A DNA stretch of 64,000 bases, counting the filler, from Sphacelaria rigidula (Eukaryota), in the NCBI GenBank assembly GCA_964200075.2. It is 7 parts of 7 records of this genome, joined end to end, with 100 filler letters (N's around TTAATTAATTAA, not from the genome) between each part and the next. Parts side by side here need not be neighbours in the genome. Positions count along the whole stretch, not along the records: positions 36,636 to 45,693 come from CAXNAA020009411.1; positions 45,794 to 54,851 come from CAXNAA020009412.1; 5 more parts are not named here. One strand, given 5' to 3'. How positions within the stretch are numbered: the stretch's first letter is position 1; every line of letters starts with the position of its first letter. A model generated the notes under the pieces. It saw only the letters and a list, made by a program, of their open reading frames with translations, was not told the origin of the DNA and did not search any database. Of the stretch, positions 37,570-48,962 are shown one piece after another. The position numbers and the translations under genes were made by a program.

Positions 37570-40500
37570 GGCGCTGCAGAGTCGCAAGACTGGTAGCCGT
37601 CGAATTCGAAGCAGCCAAGGTTGACGGCGAACATCCATGATTGCCACAAACCCTCGAAGCACGACGGGCTCACGGCGGAAAATCCGTTGACAGCCGTTCC
37701 GTTGTACGGGAACCTGAAAAGATCAGGTGAGGGGAGGGTGAGGCAGCACGGCACGTCTTTCTGATGGCCAAAAGTGCAACGGGTATTCGATAAGTTGTTG
37801 GTATTAAAGCAACAAAGATCCAGACATTCGGTAAGAGGGAGGCTGGGAGGGTTTGGACTACGACAGCTGTGTCTTCAAGCACTTGTTTATCGGCAAATGC
37901 AGCGGGCCGCGAAAATTGGATCAAGCGATGCCACGTAGGGACCACTGTCCTTTCAGCATCTCAGCCCCGTTGTTGCGAATATTCGCCTCCGTCCACGAAC
38001 TCCAGTGACGAAATATGGCAACAATCGTCTCTGCCTGGGATTAATACCACCACCATCGTTCAGAGCAGCACTTGGGACGACAGAGAGAAATGGACGCTCT
38101 TTTTAATGTCGTCAAACTGTATTAGGTAAGCATGTAGACTCTTCAAAAATATGTCATCGAGGGCACACGCTGAGTGTTTTGGGACATGGAGATATCTATC
38201 ACCACAGTTATTGATAAGTGCATTTTTTTCGAAACTCTGAAATTATGCTCCACCACCTTTCAACTATGCATACGTGTCAAGCTGCGTCATTGATTCACCA
38301 CCACTTTCTGCACTCACGCAGCGCCGCAGCCGGTGAAGCCTGCAACAAGTTGCACCAAGTCCGCTTCGTACGTATCGCGAAGCGCGCGGACATCTTCGTT
38401 TATCCGAAGGATGCGTATCGAGTCGCTGGCATTGCCCGGATTTTCAGTGATGGGTGCCTGTAGCGGGTGCCGGAAGTAGACGAGCAGGGCGCCGTGACGA
38501 GGGAAAAGGTTTCAATTACATGAACATGTATATAGAGAGCTCTATAAACACATATGTATAGATACATATACAATACGCCGTAGGAACCGACGGTGCCGAG
38601 GCTAAAGCGTAAGCAGCCCGAGTTCAAACCGTGGTAGTCTGACAGGATGTACGTATGCAGAAGTAGATATGTTTATATAATATATAGCGGACACGAAGGA
38701 AACACGTTAGCCATTCCTGGCGCTGCAGGTAGTGGATATCGCTGCTCGAGAACGCTGACAGTTGCTTCTTCCCCTCCGGAGCTCAGACGATTTGCTGCGA
38801 CAGCTGAGCATGAACAAAATCCATGTATTCGTACAGACATGTATATAGTGGGCTTCCACAGGTACTACAGTACACTGTAGATATCGACGAGTCATATTTA
38901 TCGAAGTGTACAGGACGCGTTTCCGAATCGGGACTCGTGTGGCAAGCCCATATGATGGATGATGTAATAAGTCACGAAAAGGAACCCGAAGGTCTACGTG
39001 CGTTCTCCCCTTGCGTCGCCGCCATCACCCCGAAAGTCGTTCAAGCGTGCACCGCAGTCGAACGCTCACCACACCAATGTAGGAGGGAAGAACCAAAAGC
39101 GGGATTTCCGAGTTTTCAAATGCCGCGTTGTTTGAAAGCACGCTGCCCATGATAGCAGAAGCCATGTGAAGAGGGCTGACATCTCCCAACTGAGCCCTCG
39201 CGCCATCGGTGTACAGGAACATCGCGGCCAACTGCTCCAGTTTCCGGCGTTCGTTGTAGTGTATTGGAAGTTCAGCACGAATGACAGCAGGGGAACATTG
39301 GGAAATCAAACAGGTGTTTTGAAAGCCGAACACATTTCGCGATTCTACCATCTTTGCAGCGAATCATCATAGATAGGAAAAAAATAGGTTACACCAAATC
39401 AACTGCTTTACTATAATACGTAGCATGCTCGTAGCATGCTTATTCTGAGACCGAGAAGCGGGCGGGGGCGAAGAGGTGCTCTGTAGAACTGTACAAACAG
39501 CGGCCGATCATCGAAAATGAGGATGGAGCTTGCCACTCAGAATAATAACCCGAAAAATTCAAATATTTGTATCCACAACAATTATTCGAAGTATGGTTGC
39601 ATTCCTTCACCTCCCGGTAGCTTTTGAAAACTATTATGCGCCCTACAAATTTGGATTTTGATCACGGAAATGTTGGGGTCCTAGGTGAAGAAACGGTTCT
39701 GGGGAAATGGGGCGGTCCGTTTTGATGATCATCACCCCAATTCCACAGACGTGTTTTTCACCTAGGACCCCAACATTCTGGTTGTCGGCATCCAAATTTT
39801 CATGGCGCGTAGTGGGTGTCATTGGCTACCAGGAGCTGACGGAATGCAACCATATTCCCAAGATTGATGTGGAAAAAAGGATTTTAATATCCCGGGGTAT
39901 CATCCTCAATGAAAGCTCCATCCTCAAGTGAAGCTTTATCCTCAGTTTTGATGATCGGCTATTTACACGTCAGATGATTGCACTCCCAGCGCACTTACGG
40001 TGATAGGCTCCTCCTGTAGTTTGCGGGTTACCGAGCGCAGCTTGCGACGAGCAGCACCCGTGGTAAAAGCGATCAAACCGTCGCCGTCCTGGAACTCAGT
40101 GGTGACCTATAAATCGTTCAGTGCGCCAACATATTGTCGCGTGAATGGGTGGTCGTGGAACAGGGAAGTGAGATAAGCGTGTTCTGTGACATCGCACTAA
40201 CGAGTTCTTCTAAATCAGGAACCACGAAATACCTATTTCCTCGGATCCACTTTTGAGCCATGCTACGAAAGGCGGGGGGGTTGTTTGCTTCCACGACAAA
40301 AAGGGCTCATGGATGTCTCAGACGACCAAACACACTGGCGGGGAGCTTGTACTAGGGTGAAAACGGTGCCAATCAGGGTGAATGAGCGCTGCTTACCAGT
40401 AACACGCGTGTTCGAACAACCATTAACAGCATGGACCCGTTTTTGAGGGTCAACATCTTGATGAGTTTCAATTCGAAAACATTGCTTTCCCTGACCTAAA

Positions 40501-40901
40501 GTCATGATCAATGAATCTCACATGGACCACCTCATGCCCCCGACCTCCTTAATTCGTTTTTCGGGGGTTGTCCGTTTTCTGTGCCCTCTAAGCGTATGTG
40601 CCAAAGCACCTTTTCGCCTCGATATCGGGGCGAAAAAGGGGACGTTTTTAGCCCGAAATTAGTACTTTCGCATATACACTTTGGGGGCACAGAAGACGGG
40701 CAACCCACGAAACTCGTTTTAGGGAGGTCGGGGAGCATGAGGTTGTCCACATGAAATTCATTGGTCATGACTTCAGGTCAGGGAGTACACTGTTTTCGAG
40801 TTGAAACTCATGAAAATGTTGAACCTCACAAACGGACTCAGGCAATGATTGCTGCTTTCAACGACGAATTGAGGCGGACTTTCGCGGAAGAGATTGCCCG
40901 A

Positions 40902-40936
<35 letters not shown>

Positions 40937-41211
40937 TCCCCCCGTATCGTCGCATGACTCTTTTTGCCTCCTGACTTATCATGGCGCCACTTACCGTAAC
41001 CAGGCAGGTGTCGGTACTTCCCTCTTGTTCCGGACAAGGGACGGACCTGATTACGACGATGCTTCCGTCGGTCTTGAATGACGTTATCTTGAGAGAGAAA
41101 GTCTGGAAGGAGCGTCATTGCAACAGGACGGGTTGTAAGTTGACGAGCAATACTGGGAGGTTGACCAGAGACCCTTTCTCATACCATTTATGTCTGATAC
41201 TGCACGGGCAC

Positions 41212-41265
<54 letters not shown>

Positions 41266-43142
41266 GGATAAGATAGAGAGCAGAAGAAGGCGTCCTCCCT
41301 TCACTTGAGACGTTGGCAAATCAGTTAACTTATAGCTCGCACTTCTACAAATGGAACGGCGATTGATGCATGTCTCAGTCTCCTACGAAAGGTCAACGCT
41401 GTAATGCGTGAGAGGACCGCGTGCTTTGAGGACCGCATTGGGATTTGAACATCCCTATGGTTAGGGTTAGAGTTAGGGTAAGGGTTAGGGTTAGGGTTAG
41501 GGTCAGTGGCGTGGTACTTGCAGGGACTGGTCCGATTGTTTTTCAAAAACGTCGATCCTGAGGTGTTTTGAACTACGGCGCGGTCCTCTAAGCACGCGGT
41601 CCTCTAAGCACGCGGTCCTCTCACGCATTACAAACGCCACCTGGCTGGCACTGTCAGGGGTGCGTCTTCGCATCTCTTTCAACACGACTGCCCATGGTGC
41701 GCCGCCACCCAAGCAAACCGCGCATAGAAGCATTTTCAGGCCACCTGAATTCACGACTCCCACGACGTAGCGTTTCATCAAGCCTACCTCGATTTCGCAC
41801 GGGTCGGACCACACCATGCTGACGGTAGTAGGGGCTATCTCATCCTCCTCCTGTGTGAGTCGTTCACCCAGCCAGGCCTGTTGACAGCAAAGGCGCGCAA
41901 TAAAACGCAAGATGTTTGACGAGGGCTACAACCTGCATGCCACAAAAGCTGCATCACAGTAGATAGAACCCTTGGGACCGATTCCATGTCATGTACTCCA
42001 TTGGACACGAAGGCGCGGACTGCAATCATCGCCGTGTATTTTTGCTTTGAGGTTTTTATCGCCGACCACGATATCACCAGGTGCGATGTCTTCGCGTATC
42101 ATGCAAAACCGATTACTTCACAAATACACTGCAAGGATGTACTAGACTCACGTTCCGAACAATGCCGTCGTCGAACGAGGATCCGTCCAGCGTCTCAAAG
42201 GAAGTCCTATTGGCGGTGATAGTCTGCCAGACGGTGACACAAGGGCAGTGCAACAGTATGAGATGTCAGATAAATGGACGCACGCATGTAGTAGAGTTTG
42301 CATTTTACCGCCAACCGATTGATGCTTCAACTACTTCACCGCAAGTATCCATGGAACCGGAGCACCACCGGCCAAAAAGCTTTCGGTGGGTTTCTCTCTG
42401 TCGAAGAGAAGAATGCGCAGAGTGGAGAGTCATGCTACGATGAGGGGTGGGGGTGGGGGGTGGGGATGTTCGATTCCACGAAAAAATGGGCTCATGGATG
42501 CTTCAAACGACCCAACACACGCGCGGTGCGCTTGTATTTCGGTAAAAAAAGGTATCAAGCAGTATGAATGATGAGCGTTATTTATCGGAAGCAGGCGCAT
42601 TTGAACAACCGTTGCTGCTATTAACCACATTTTCAAGTAGAACTTCGTGGGAGAAAACGGCTAGCATGACTCCAGACGCGAACCACCAATATTTGCATGC
42701 AGCATTCTTCAATACAAACACCTGCTTAATGTGACTAACCTCGATGAAACTGACAGGGATTGTCAAACTCTCCGTGCCCGAAAGCGTGTCCAGGATCGGG
42801 CAGTCCAGTGTTGCAAACGTCACCATTTCCTCAACTGCAACGAGTAGAAAACGGTGTGCGTGCTTCAGAAAGTTGTGCACGCCAAGGTGGGACTCTCGGG
42901 ACTGATTTGATGTGCTTCGTGCTGCAGGGTGCACGGTCCACCTGTACGAGTTCTTGAAACGATCGATCGTTCAATACCTGCGTGAACTCACCTGCAAGTC
43001 GCGCGTCCCCTTCTGCGATCGGTGTTGTTACCCGTCCGCTGTCAGGCGCCAACATCATCTGTACTTGAGGAAAGATGAGCTGTGCGGAGGCAGCTGCGAC
43101 GAACATGGCTGCTAGCAATGTACTCATGGAAGCTTGCTTCAT
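37570..43142 (-). CDS. Secreted reprolysin-like / peptidyl-Asp metallopeptidase-like protein (metzincin fold) with degenerate zinc motif; 3' end not located
   Basis: Phase-compatible GT-AG exons (minus strand): 43142-42992, 42834-42740, 42397-42309, 42206-42152, (possible extra exon ~42090-41960), 41877-41788, 39231-39070, 38457-38318, 37713-37570. Signal peptide MSTLLAAMFVAAASA. Motifs LAAMFLYTDGARAQLG, NNAAFENSEIPL, VRALRDTYEADLVQLV..CGAA, GFSAVSPSC, then WMFAVNLGCFE where HExxHxxGxxH is expected. Confidence 0.75.
39503..39959. mobile_element. Foldback/MITE-like imperfect palindrome (~460 bp) in an intron
   Basis: Ends GCCGATCATC...GATGATCGGC. Inner arms AATGTTGGGGTCCTAGGTGAA / TTCACCTAGGACCCCAACATT. 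Confidence 0.7.
40262..40870. mobile_element. MITE-like element with long internal palindrome (~40432-40842)
   Basis: Arms ATGAGTTTCAATTCGAAAACA...CCCTGACCT / AGGTCAGGG...TGTTTTCGAGTTGAAACTCAT. The left part is shared with ~42434-42630 (+) and ~2920-3090 (-). Confidence 0.65.
41212..41263. repeat. (CA)n microsatellite
   Basis: About 25 CA units. Confidence 0.95.
41400..41632. mobile_element. MITE with 27-bp perfect TIRs, TG...CA ends and internal (TTAGGG)-like tract
   Basis: TGTAATGCGTGAGAGGACCGCGTGCTT ... AAGCACGCGGTCCTCTCACGCATTACA, flanked by AACGC on both sides. Confidence 0.85.
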
Positions 43143-43344
43143 CTTGGCTCTGTTGCGATGTGAGATATCAGCCTGGTAAAAAAGCAACGCGGGAGATCGA
43201 CAATTCACGGGACAAGCGGGAACACGGGCCTGGAGGGAATCGAAGTACTGGTGAAAGCACTTATTATGGCGATGCAGCGCCGAGAGTGGATATGCTGCAC
43301 AGCACACGCAGGTGTATCGTGAAACCTGCCCAAGTACGTTAGTA

Positions 43345-43553
43345 GAGGTATCTCAAACTCGGCTCCCGGTATCCTGGTTTGTTTTGTTCAATTGTTTCAA
43401 GTGAAAGTGATGGCGATTCATCACATGATGAGACCCTTTGACCGCCAGGTCAGGTCCTCCTATGAATCGCGATCACTTTCACTTGAAGAAATAGTACACA
43501 ACTACGAGCCAGCGAATAAACCAGGATACCGGGAGCCGAGTTTGAGATACCTC
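43345..43553. mobile_element. Hairpin MITE with TA flanks, just upstream of the metallopeptidase-like gene
   Basis: TA|GAGGTATCTCAAACTCGGCTCCCGGTATCCTGGTTT ... AAACCAGGATACCGGGAGCCGAGTTTGAGATACCTC|TA. Inner IR TTCAAGTGAAAGTGAT / ATCACTTTCACTTGAA. Confidence 0.85.
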
Positions 43554-44397
43554 TAAGTAAGACCAACTCTCACGGGGGTCGTTCGGCATCAAAATGTTGG
43601 TAATTTGATCGCCTCTCAATCTGCCGCGATTTTGAGCGGAGACAAAACGCCCTGTGATGTGGCACAGAATCAGAGTCGCGCTATTGAAGCTTACGTGGTA
43701 TACAAGTTTTTCATCTGTACATCAGCACTCGAAGAAACAGCGGCTGCACACACAACCACCCTGTAATATTCCCGGCCTTTTTTAGACCGCACATTGTTCC
43801 CGCCTCAATTGATGCGGTACATAGAGGAATGCAGCAGCGGTACAACAGCTCGAGCAATCTCCAACGCAGATCGAACCGTGCTCCAAGGGTTCGAACGCAC
43901 CGCAAAAATACAGCAAGAACCACACGAAGCGCCATCTTCGTCCCCCTGTAGACAACAACAGCCGACACACCATGACCTTTGAACCATGTATTGTTCCGCA
44001 GCACGTGGAAATGCGGCTAGTAGTTGGTGAGATTATCATATTTTACGCTGTAATGCCGATCGCGGCAGTTTACGATTCAGTTATGCCATGATCGCCCCAC
44101 CCTCTCACGCCCAGCACTGCTAGCCAAGGAGCATATAACATAGAGATGCATTCGTCCTTCTCTAGCAATGAATGGTAGAAGAACGTTCTCGAAATTCATG
44201 ACATCAAACAATACTGACGCTGATGCTGACGCTTTGGCCGCGAGGGAGAGTATGTTACCCGGCGAAACAGCGATTCGTCGAGAGACATTGACGCTGATTC
44301 AACATTCAGCAGATAGATAGATGGCCTGTGCTCGCAATCAAAGGTTTTACCTTAACCCAAGGCCTGTCGGGAACCCTTCGGCAAGGGGGGTGCGAAG

Positions 44398-44762
44398 AGT
44401 GTTGTTGGGGTGTCGTCGTCCCCCATCTATTCTGGATGCCAGGCTACACATTTCGGTATATGTGGGCGCACCAGCCGCGGTCACACAGGAGGAAGATCGA
44501 CACAGGAGTTTTTCTTTTTTTGTTTTGTTTCGGCACTCCACCGTCCTTCTGCGGTGCTTGCCTCTTGTTTTTATCGCGAGAGGGCTTCAGCAGTCCCTTT
44601 CCCTCGTCGACCGTGATGCAGAATTTTGTGTGCCCACGACATAGTCGCTCTCCACTGTTTATTGGGCATGAGAAAAAATCCCAGATCGCTCCGAGATTGG
44701 AACCCGCGACCCAACCGTCTAAAGATTTCGAGGTTACCGACTGAGCCATCGGGGCGACCGGC
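44398..44762 (-). mobile_element. tRNA-derived SINE, family B
   Basis: Minus strand GCCGGTCGCCCCGA-TGGCTCAGTCGG (A box)...GGTTCCAATCTC (B box). Body shared with 45794-46015 (+), ~31140-31230 (+) and ~55320-55395 (-). Confidence 0.8.
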
Positions 44763-45693
44763 AGTTATAAGAAGAGTGCTCCGAGTGAATCATGTCTCGG
44801 CAGTCCTCAAATCAGCGCCTGCAGCGCCGATTTGACGAGAAAGAATGGGCGTTCTGCGCAAGCTACGTTGACATGGTATATTTAGCAGCAACTCACTACA
44901 AAATATACCGTGAACCTCCGGTTTGAGATACTTCCGTAGGTGAGATACAAGAACGATAGATTCCCTTGACCGGCAGCGTGTGCCCGTATGTATGCAGATC
45001 GCAGCGCGTTCACGATCAGTTTCTACAGAAGCAGTGACAAATACATAAAAGCGCGCCAACCTCTCACCTCAGAGCCTCATTATGCTTCGTAACAAACAGC
45101 AGCCAACATCATTATTACAATAGGACACGCGACAGTCTTTCTATACTGCTACAGCGCAGAACCAACAGCGCGCAGCGATGATGATGGGCTTACCTTCTTC
45201 TGTGCGTAATAGTGCAGTTTGTCCAGTGACGTACTGCGGCTGATGTGATGAGTGAGTGGCACGGTGGGGGAGGGAGGTCGTAGGGTGGAGGGCTAACCCA
45301 ACCGACACAAAATACATCCCAGTCAAGATACGGCACAGAAAAAGCCACCCTCACATTTGCCCCGCTTCTCGGAAATGGTGAACATGATTTCTTCGTGGCG
45401 AATAGGTTATGGACCACGATGGACGCCCCACAAACAGCATTCAGCGCAGTTTTGGGGAAAAAGTAGAATCGGAGGGTACACCCTGTAGTTCTTGTGTTGC
45501 TTCCGTTCTTTTTCTTCTTCATCTTGTTCGGTATATTGTTTCTTCATATCCAGATACAGTACACTCCTCTCCAGGACGAAAGTGCGGGGAAATATTTATG
45601 TGCCCACGAGGTTGCAAATAACACATGTGTTTTCGTGAGATTGAGAATAGATGATACGATTGAGAGTGAAAAGCGGTCAATCAGTGAATGAAT

Positions 45694-45793
45694 NNNNNNN
45701 NNNNNNNNNNNNNNNNNNNNNNNNNNNNNNNNNNNNNTTAATTAATTAANNNNNNNNNNNNNNNNNNNNNNNNNNNNNNNNNNNNNNNNNNNN
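45694..45793. other. Artificial contig spacer
   Basis: N44-TTAATTAATTAA-N44. Confidence 0.98.
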
Positions 45794-46015
45794 CGACTCA
45801 ACGGTCGACGAGGGAAAGGGCCTGCTGAACCCGTCTCGCGATAAAAAATAAAGGCAAGCACCGCAGAAGGAAGGTGGAGTACTAGAAAAAAAAGAAAAAA
45901 CCTGTGCTGACCTTCCTCCTGTGTGATCCCGGCTGATGCGCCCACATTTTCCCGAAAGGGGTAGACTGGCGCCCAGAATAAATGGGACGACAACACACAC
46001 AACACACACAACAGG
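45794..46015 (+). mobile_element. SINE family B, 3' part (cut by contig start)
   Basis: GTCGACGAGGGAAAGGG...AAGCACCGCAGAAGG...GGGACGACAACACACAC matches the reverse complement of 44400-44615. Confidence 0.8.
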
Positions 46016-46254
46016 CTGCGTCGGTGTCACAGAAAGTGGCATATCCCGCCAAAGTAAATATTTTCGAGCCAAAGTTTGACAAGAACCTTCTCCACGCATA
46101 TTAAAAATTCTTCACGAAAGCAGGAAGAGCTTTCTTTCCCATCGAGTTGGACCCACTTTTATGGCAAGCACGAATCTCGATTTTTTCGAGCATCGAGGGG
46201 AAAACAATCGGGGAACGCATGCTATGGACACGGATTCGGACCAAATCGGGGGCG

Positions 46255-46350
46255 AAAAAATCGGGGAGTCACGATCTCGCAACGGGCTTCCCCCGATTTT
46301 CTCGAAACCGGGGGAAGCCCGTTCCGAGATCGTGACTCCCCCGATTTTTT
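46255..46350. repeat. Near-perfect ~95-bp palindrome inside a MITE-like repeat
   Basis: AAAAAATCGGGGAGTCACGATCTCG..ACGGGCTTCCCCCG / CGGGGGAAGCCCGT..CGAGATCGTGACTCCCCCGATTTTT. Confidence 0.8.
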
Positions 46351-48962
46351 CGAGGTGACGCACGTGTTTTGACGTACAATGCTAGAGTACAAGGCGTTTG
46401 ATATTTTTGCAACGGCAGCAGAAGACAGTCTCGTGACAGTACAGGGCGTGCCTACTGCCCGCCCCAGCTGCTGAAGCAACTTCGCACGGGGTTTGACTGG
46501 CGAATAATAAGTGCTGACGCCCCACCCTGCGGCGATGGTAATATTTCATGCTGCGCTGCGCTGCCACATCACTATAACGAACGCTACTGTACTCTCATAG
46601 CTGTTGTCGCCGTACTTGAGGGGTGATGTACGGCACTGCACTACTGAACTCTGCTCGCGCACTGTTTGTCCTCTGTTCTCGCAATATCGGCTGTGCTATC
46701 ATGTACCACCACACGGCATCAAGTACTGTACTTATGTGATGTCCTGCACTCTATTACCCGAGGGTACCAAGGTACGACAGTGTACTCGAAGGATTGTTTA
46801 CCGCCTGCCTGCTCTTCGGCTTCATGCAGGAGTACGCAGTACCACACTCATGCAGAAAATGACCCTCTGTGTACAGAACCATTTCACAAGTCTGTGATAC
46901 TGTACTGTTGTCTGTACCATAAAACGGTGACCTGATTTTGAGTCCACGGATTTGAGCCCTCCCGAATACTTTATAATCGGGGTTTCAAAAAAATCGAGAT
47001 TCGTTGCCATGGAAGTAGGTCTTACGACATTTCCCCCCTCCCAGAAATTTCAACCGCTCTAGCTGTCTGTTATCTTTCTTGTTCTTCCTTTGCTGCTTCC
47101 GCCACTTTCTGTGTAGTGACGATGAATATCTCGGGTCAAAACTTCATGTTCCGACTATCAAAAATAAGCGGGGCAAAGCTGTGCAACTGCCACTGGGAAT
47201 TCTCGGCTGGCCCAGCTCGTAGTCTTCTACAGACAGCTAGTTGGATACGTTCAGCACCAAGTCAGTTCTCACAGGCAACTAGCTCAGGAACGTTTTATCT
47301 AATTGTTGGTCAACATACAACTCGTTGCACCACGCCTCCACCCGAAAGTTTTTTGCAGGTGACTGGTGAGAGCTGCAGCTATACCGGGAGTCACGAAAGT
47401 TCAAACACAGAAAAAGAGGTAAAACGTCAACGTCAAGACGCCCTCGGCAGCATGTGGACCGCTACTGGTCTCTACAGGTTCAGAGCCTACGGCTTAGGCG
47501 CGGCAACAAGGGGGTGAAAAGACTTCATAGACGAAGAAAGGAGGTGAAACGTCAACATGCCCTCCACAGCGTGCTTGCCGCTACTGGTTTCTTCAGGTTG
47601 ATGGCCTCCGCTTCGGGTACAGCCAACACTCCCACAACATTCACAGGGAGAATACAAGAAGTGACCCGTGACTGTGGAACTGGCGACACCAGAAAATGAA
47701 GCAACTCATTGGAGGCTGTCATCCCAGTGCGAAATAATCAGTACGCCGCGGGTCAAACAGTCTCAGCAGGATGCAGCTCACCCTTCATGCAACTCGCCGA
47801 ATACATAACGGCGCTTCGCGCTTGGTGATTGATTGCGAGCATGGTCCGGCGAAACCCGGCACTGGGCTCACAGATAGGGGCAAGACTTGTGAGTTGCAAA
47901 GTTTATCGACCAATCAGAGTCTCTAAATACACCAAAATACGGCGACCTTTCTTCAACCAGATGAGAGATATTAGTAGCAGGTAAGTCAAAAAGCAGGTTT
48001 GATTGGTTCACACATTGCGCCGCTGCGACACAGACAGCTGCTGCTGACAATAAACCAGGATACAGCAGCTCCGTGCTGGCTCAGTTTGTTTGTCCCAACC
48101 TGCACGCACCCGGCTATAATTGAAGTACCAGAGAAGACTCAACAGACAGCTGTACAGCCGTCACGTGACGATTGTTTCAACATTTCATTGTTTTGACAGC
48201 ACCTTGATCCCACCCCATTTCTGTGCAACCCGAAACACGGCATGCAGCAGTACAACTGCTCAGGCACTCTCCAGTGCACATCGCACCGTCATCGTCGTAG
48301 AGTGTTTAGATGTCCAACAGCACAGCCAGAACTGCAGCATAGAAATGGTGGGTTTGGGGAGCGCCTTATTCCTTTGGCTCGAGACGAAACAGCCAACACA
48401 CCATGAACGTTTCAATGGTGTGTAGAGAGCACACCGTGCCGACAACATTATTCTTCATAGAGACGACCGGAATTACAGTATAAAGAAACTCCGACACTCC
48501 CAGCGGAGATCAAACCGTCTCCACGAAGGCCTGCGAAGACGCCACAGCGCAGCGACGCCTACAACACACAAGACAGAGCATGAGTGTGTTTGTGCTGCAG
48601 CGCAGGGGTACAGGACATGTCTCATTCGATAGTTGTTTTCCTGCTTTCGTGTGGGTCCTCGATTTTTGCCCAGCGGCGATTTTCAAACGCTCGGCCATAA
48701 TCACGATTCGCGCGAAGATATTATAATTCACTTTGAGATACTACCCGGCTTGCTCCCTCCCAGCTTTGTAGGGATGCGAGGTTAATGGTCATATGACTAC
48801 GACATGCAAGATCATGAATACCTCCCCCCTCCCTGTGATTCTGCCACTTACACTGGGTTTTAGGGCAAGGACCAGGATTGCCGATTCATGCTGATGGTCG
48901 GGTTTGGGGTTCAGATATCATCCGAACTCGTCGAGATTTATGTCTTGCATTGACAAATCTAC

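Noticed and set aside
38580-38800. Two possible extra exons in the metallopeptidase-like gene
   Set aside because: Phases do not fit, and direct splicing 39070->38457 already gives the expected motif spacing.
44680-44762. tRNA gene (also 5480-5562, 27645-27725, ~49900-49950)
   Set aside because: A and B boxes are present but there is no convincing cloverleaf; the main copies continue into multi-copy SINE bodies.
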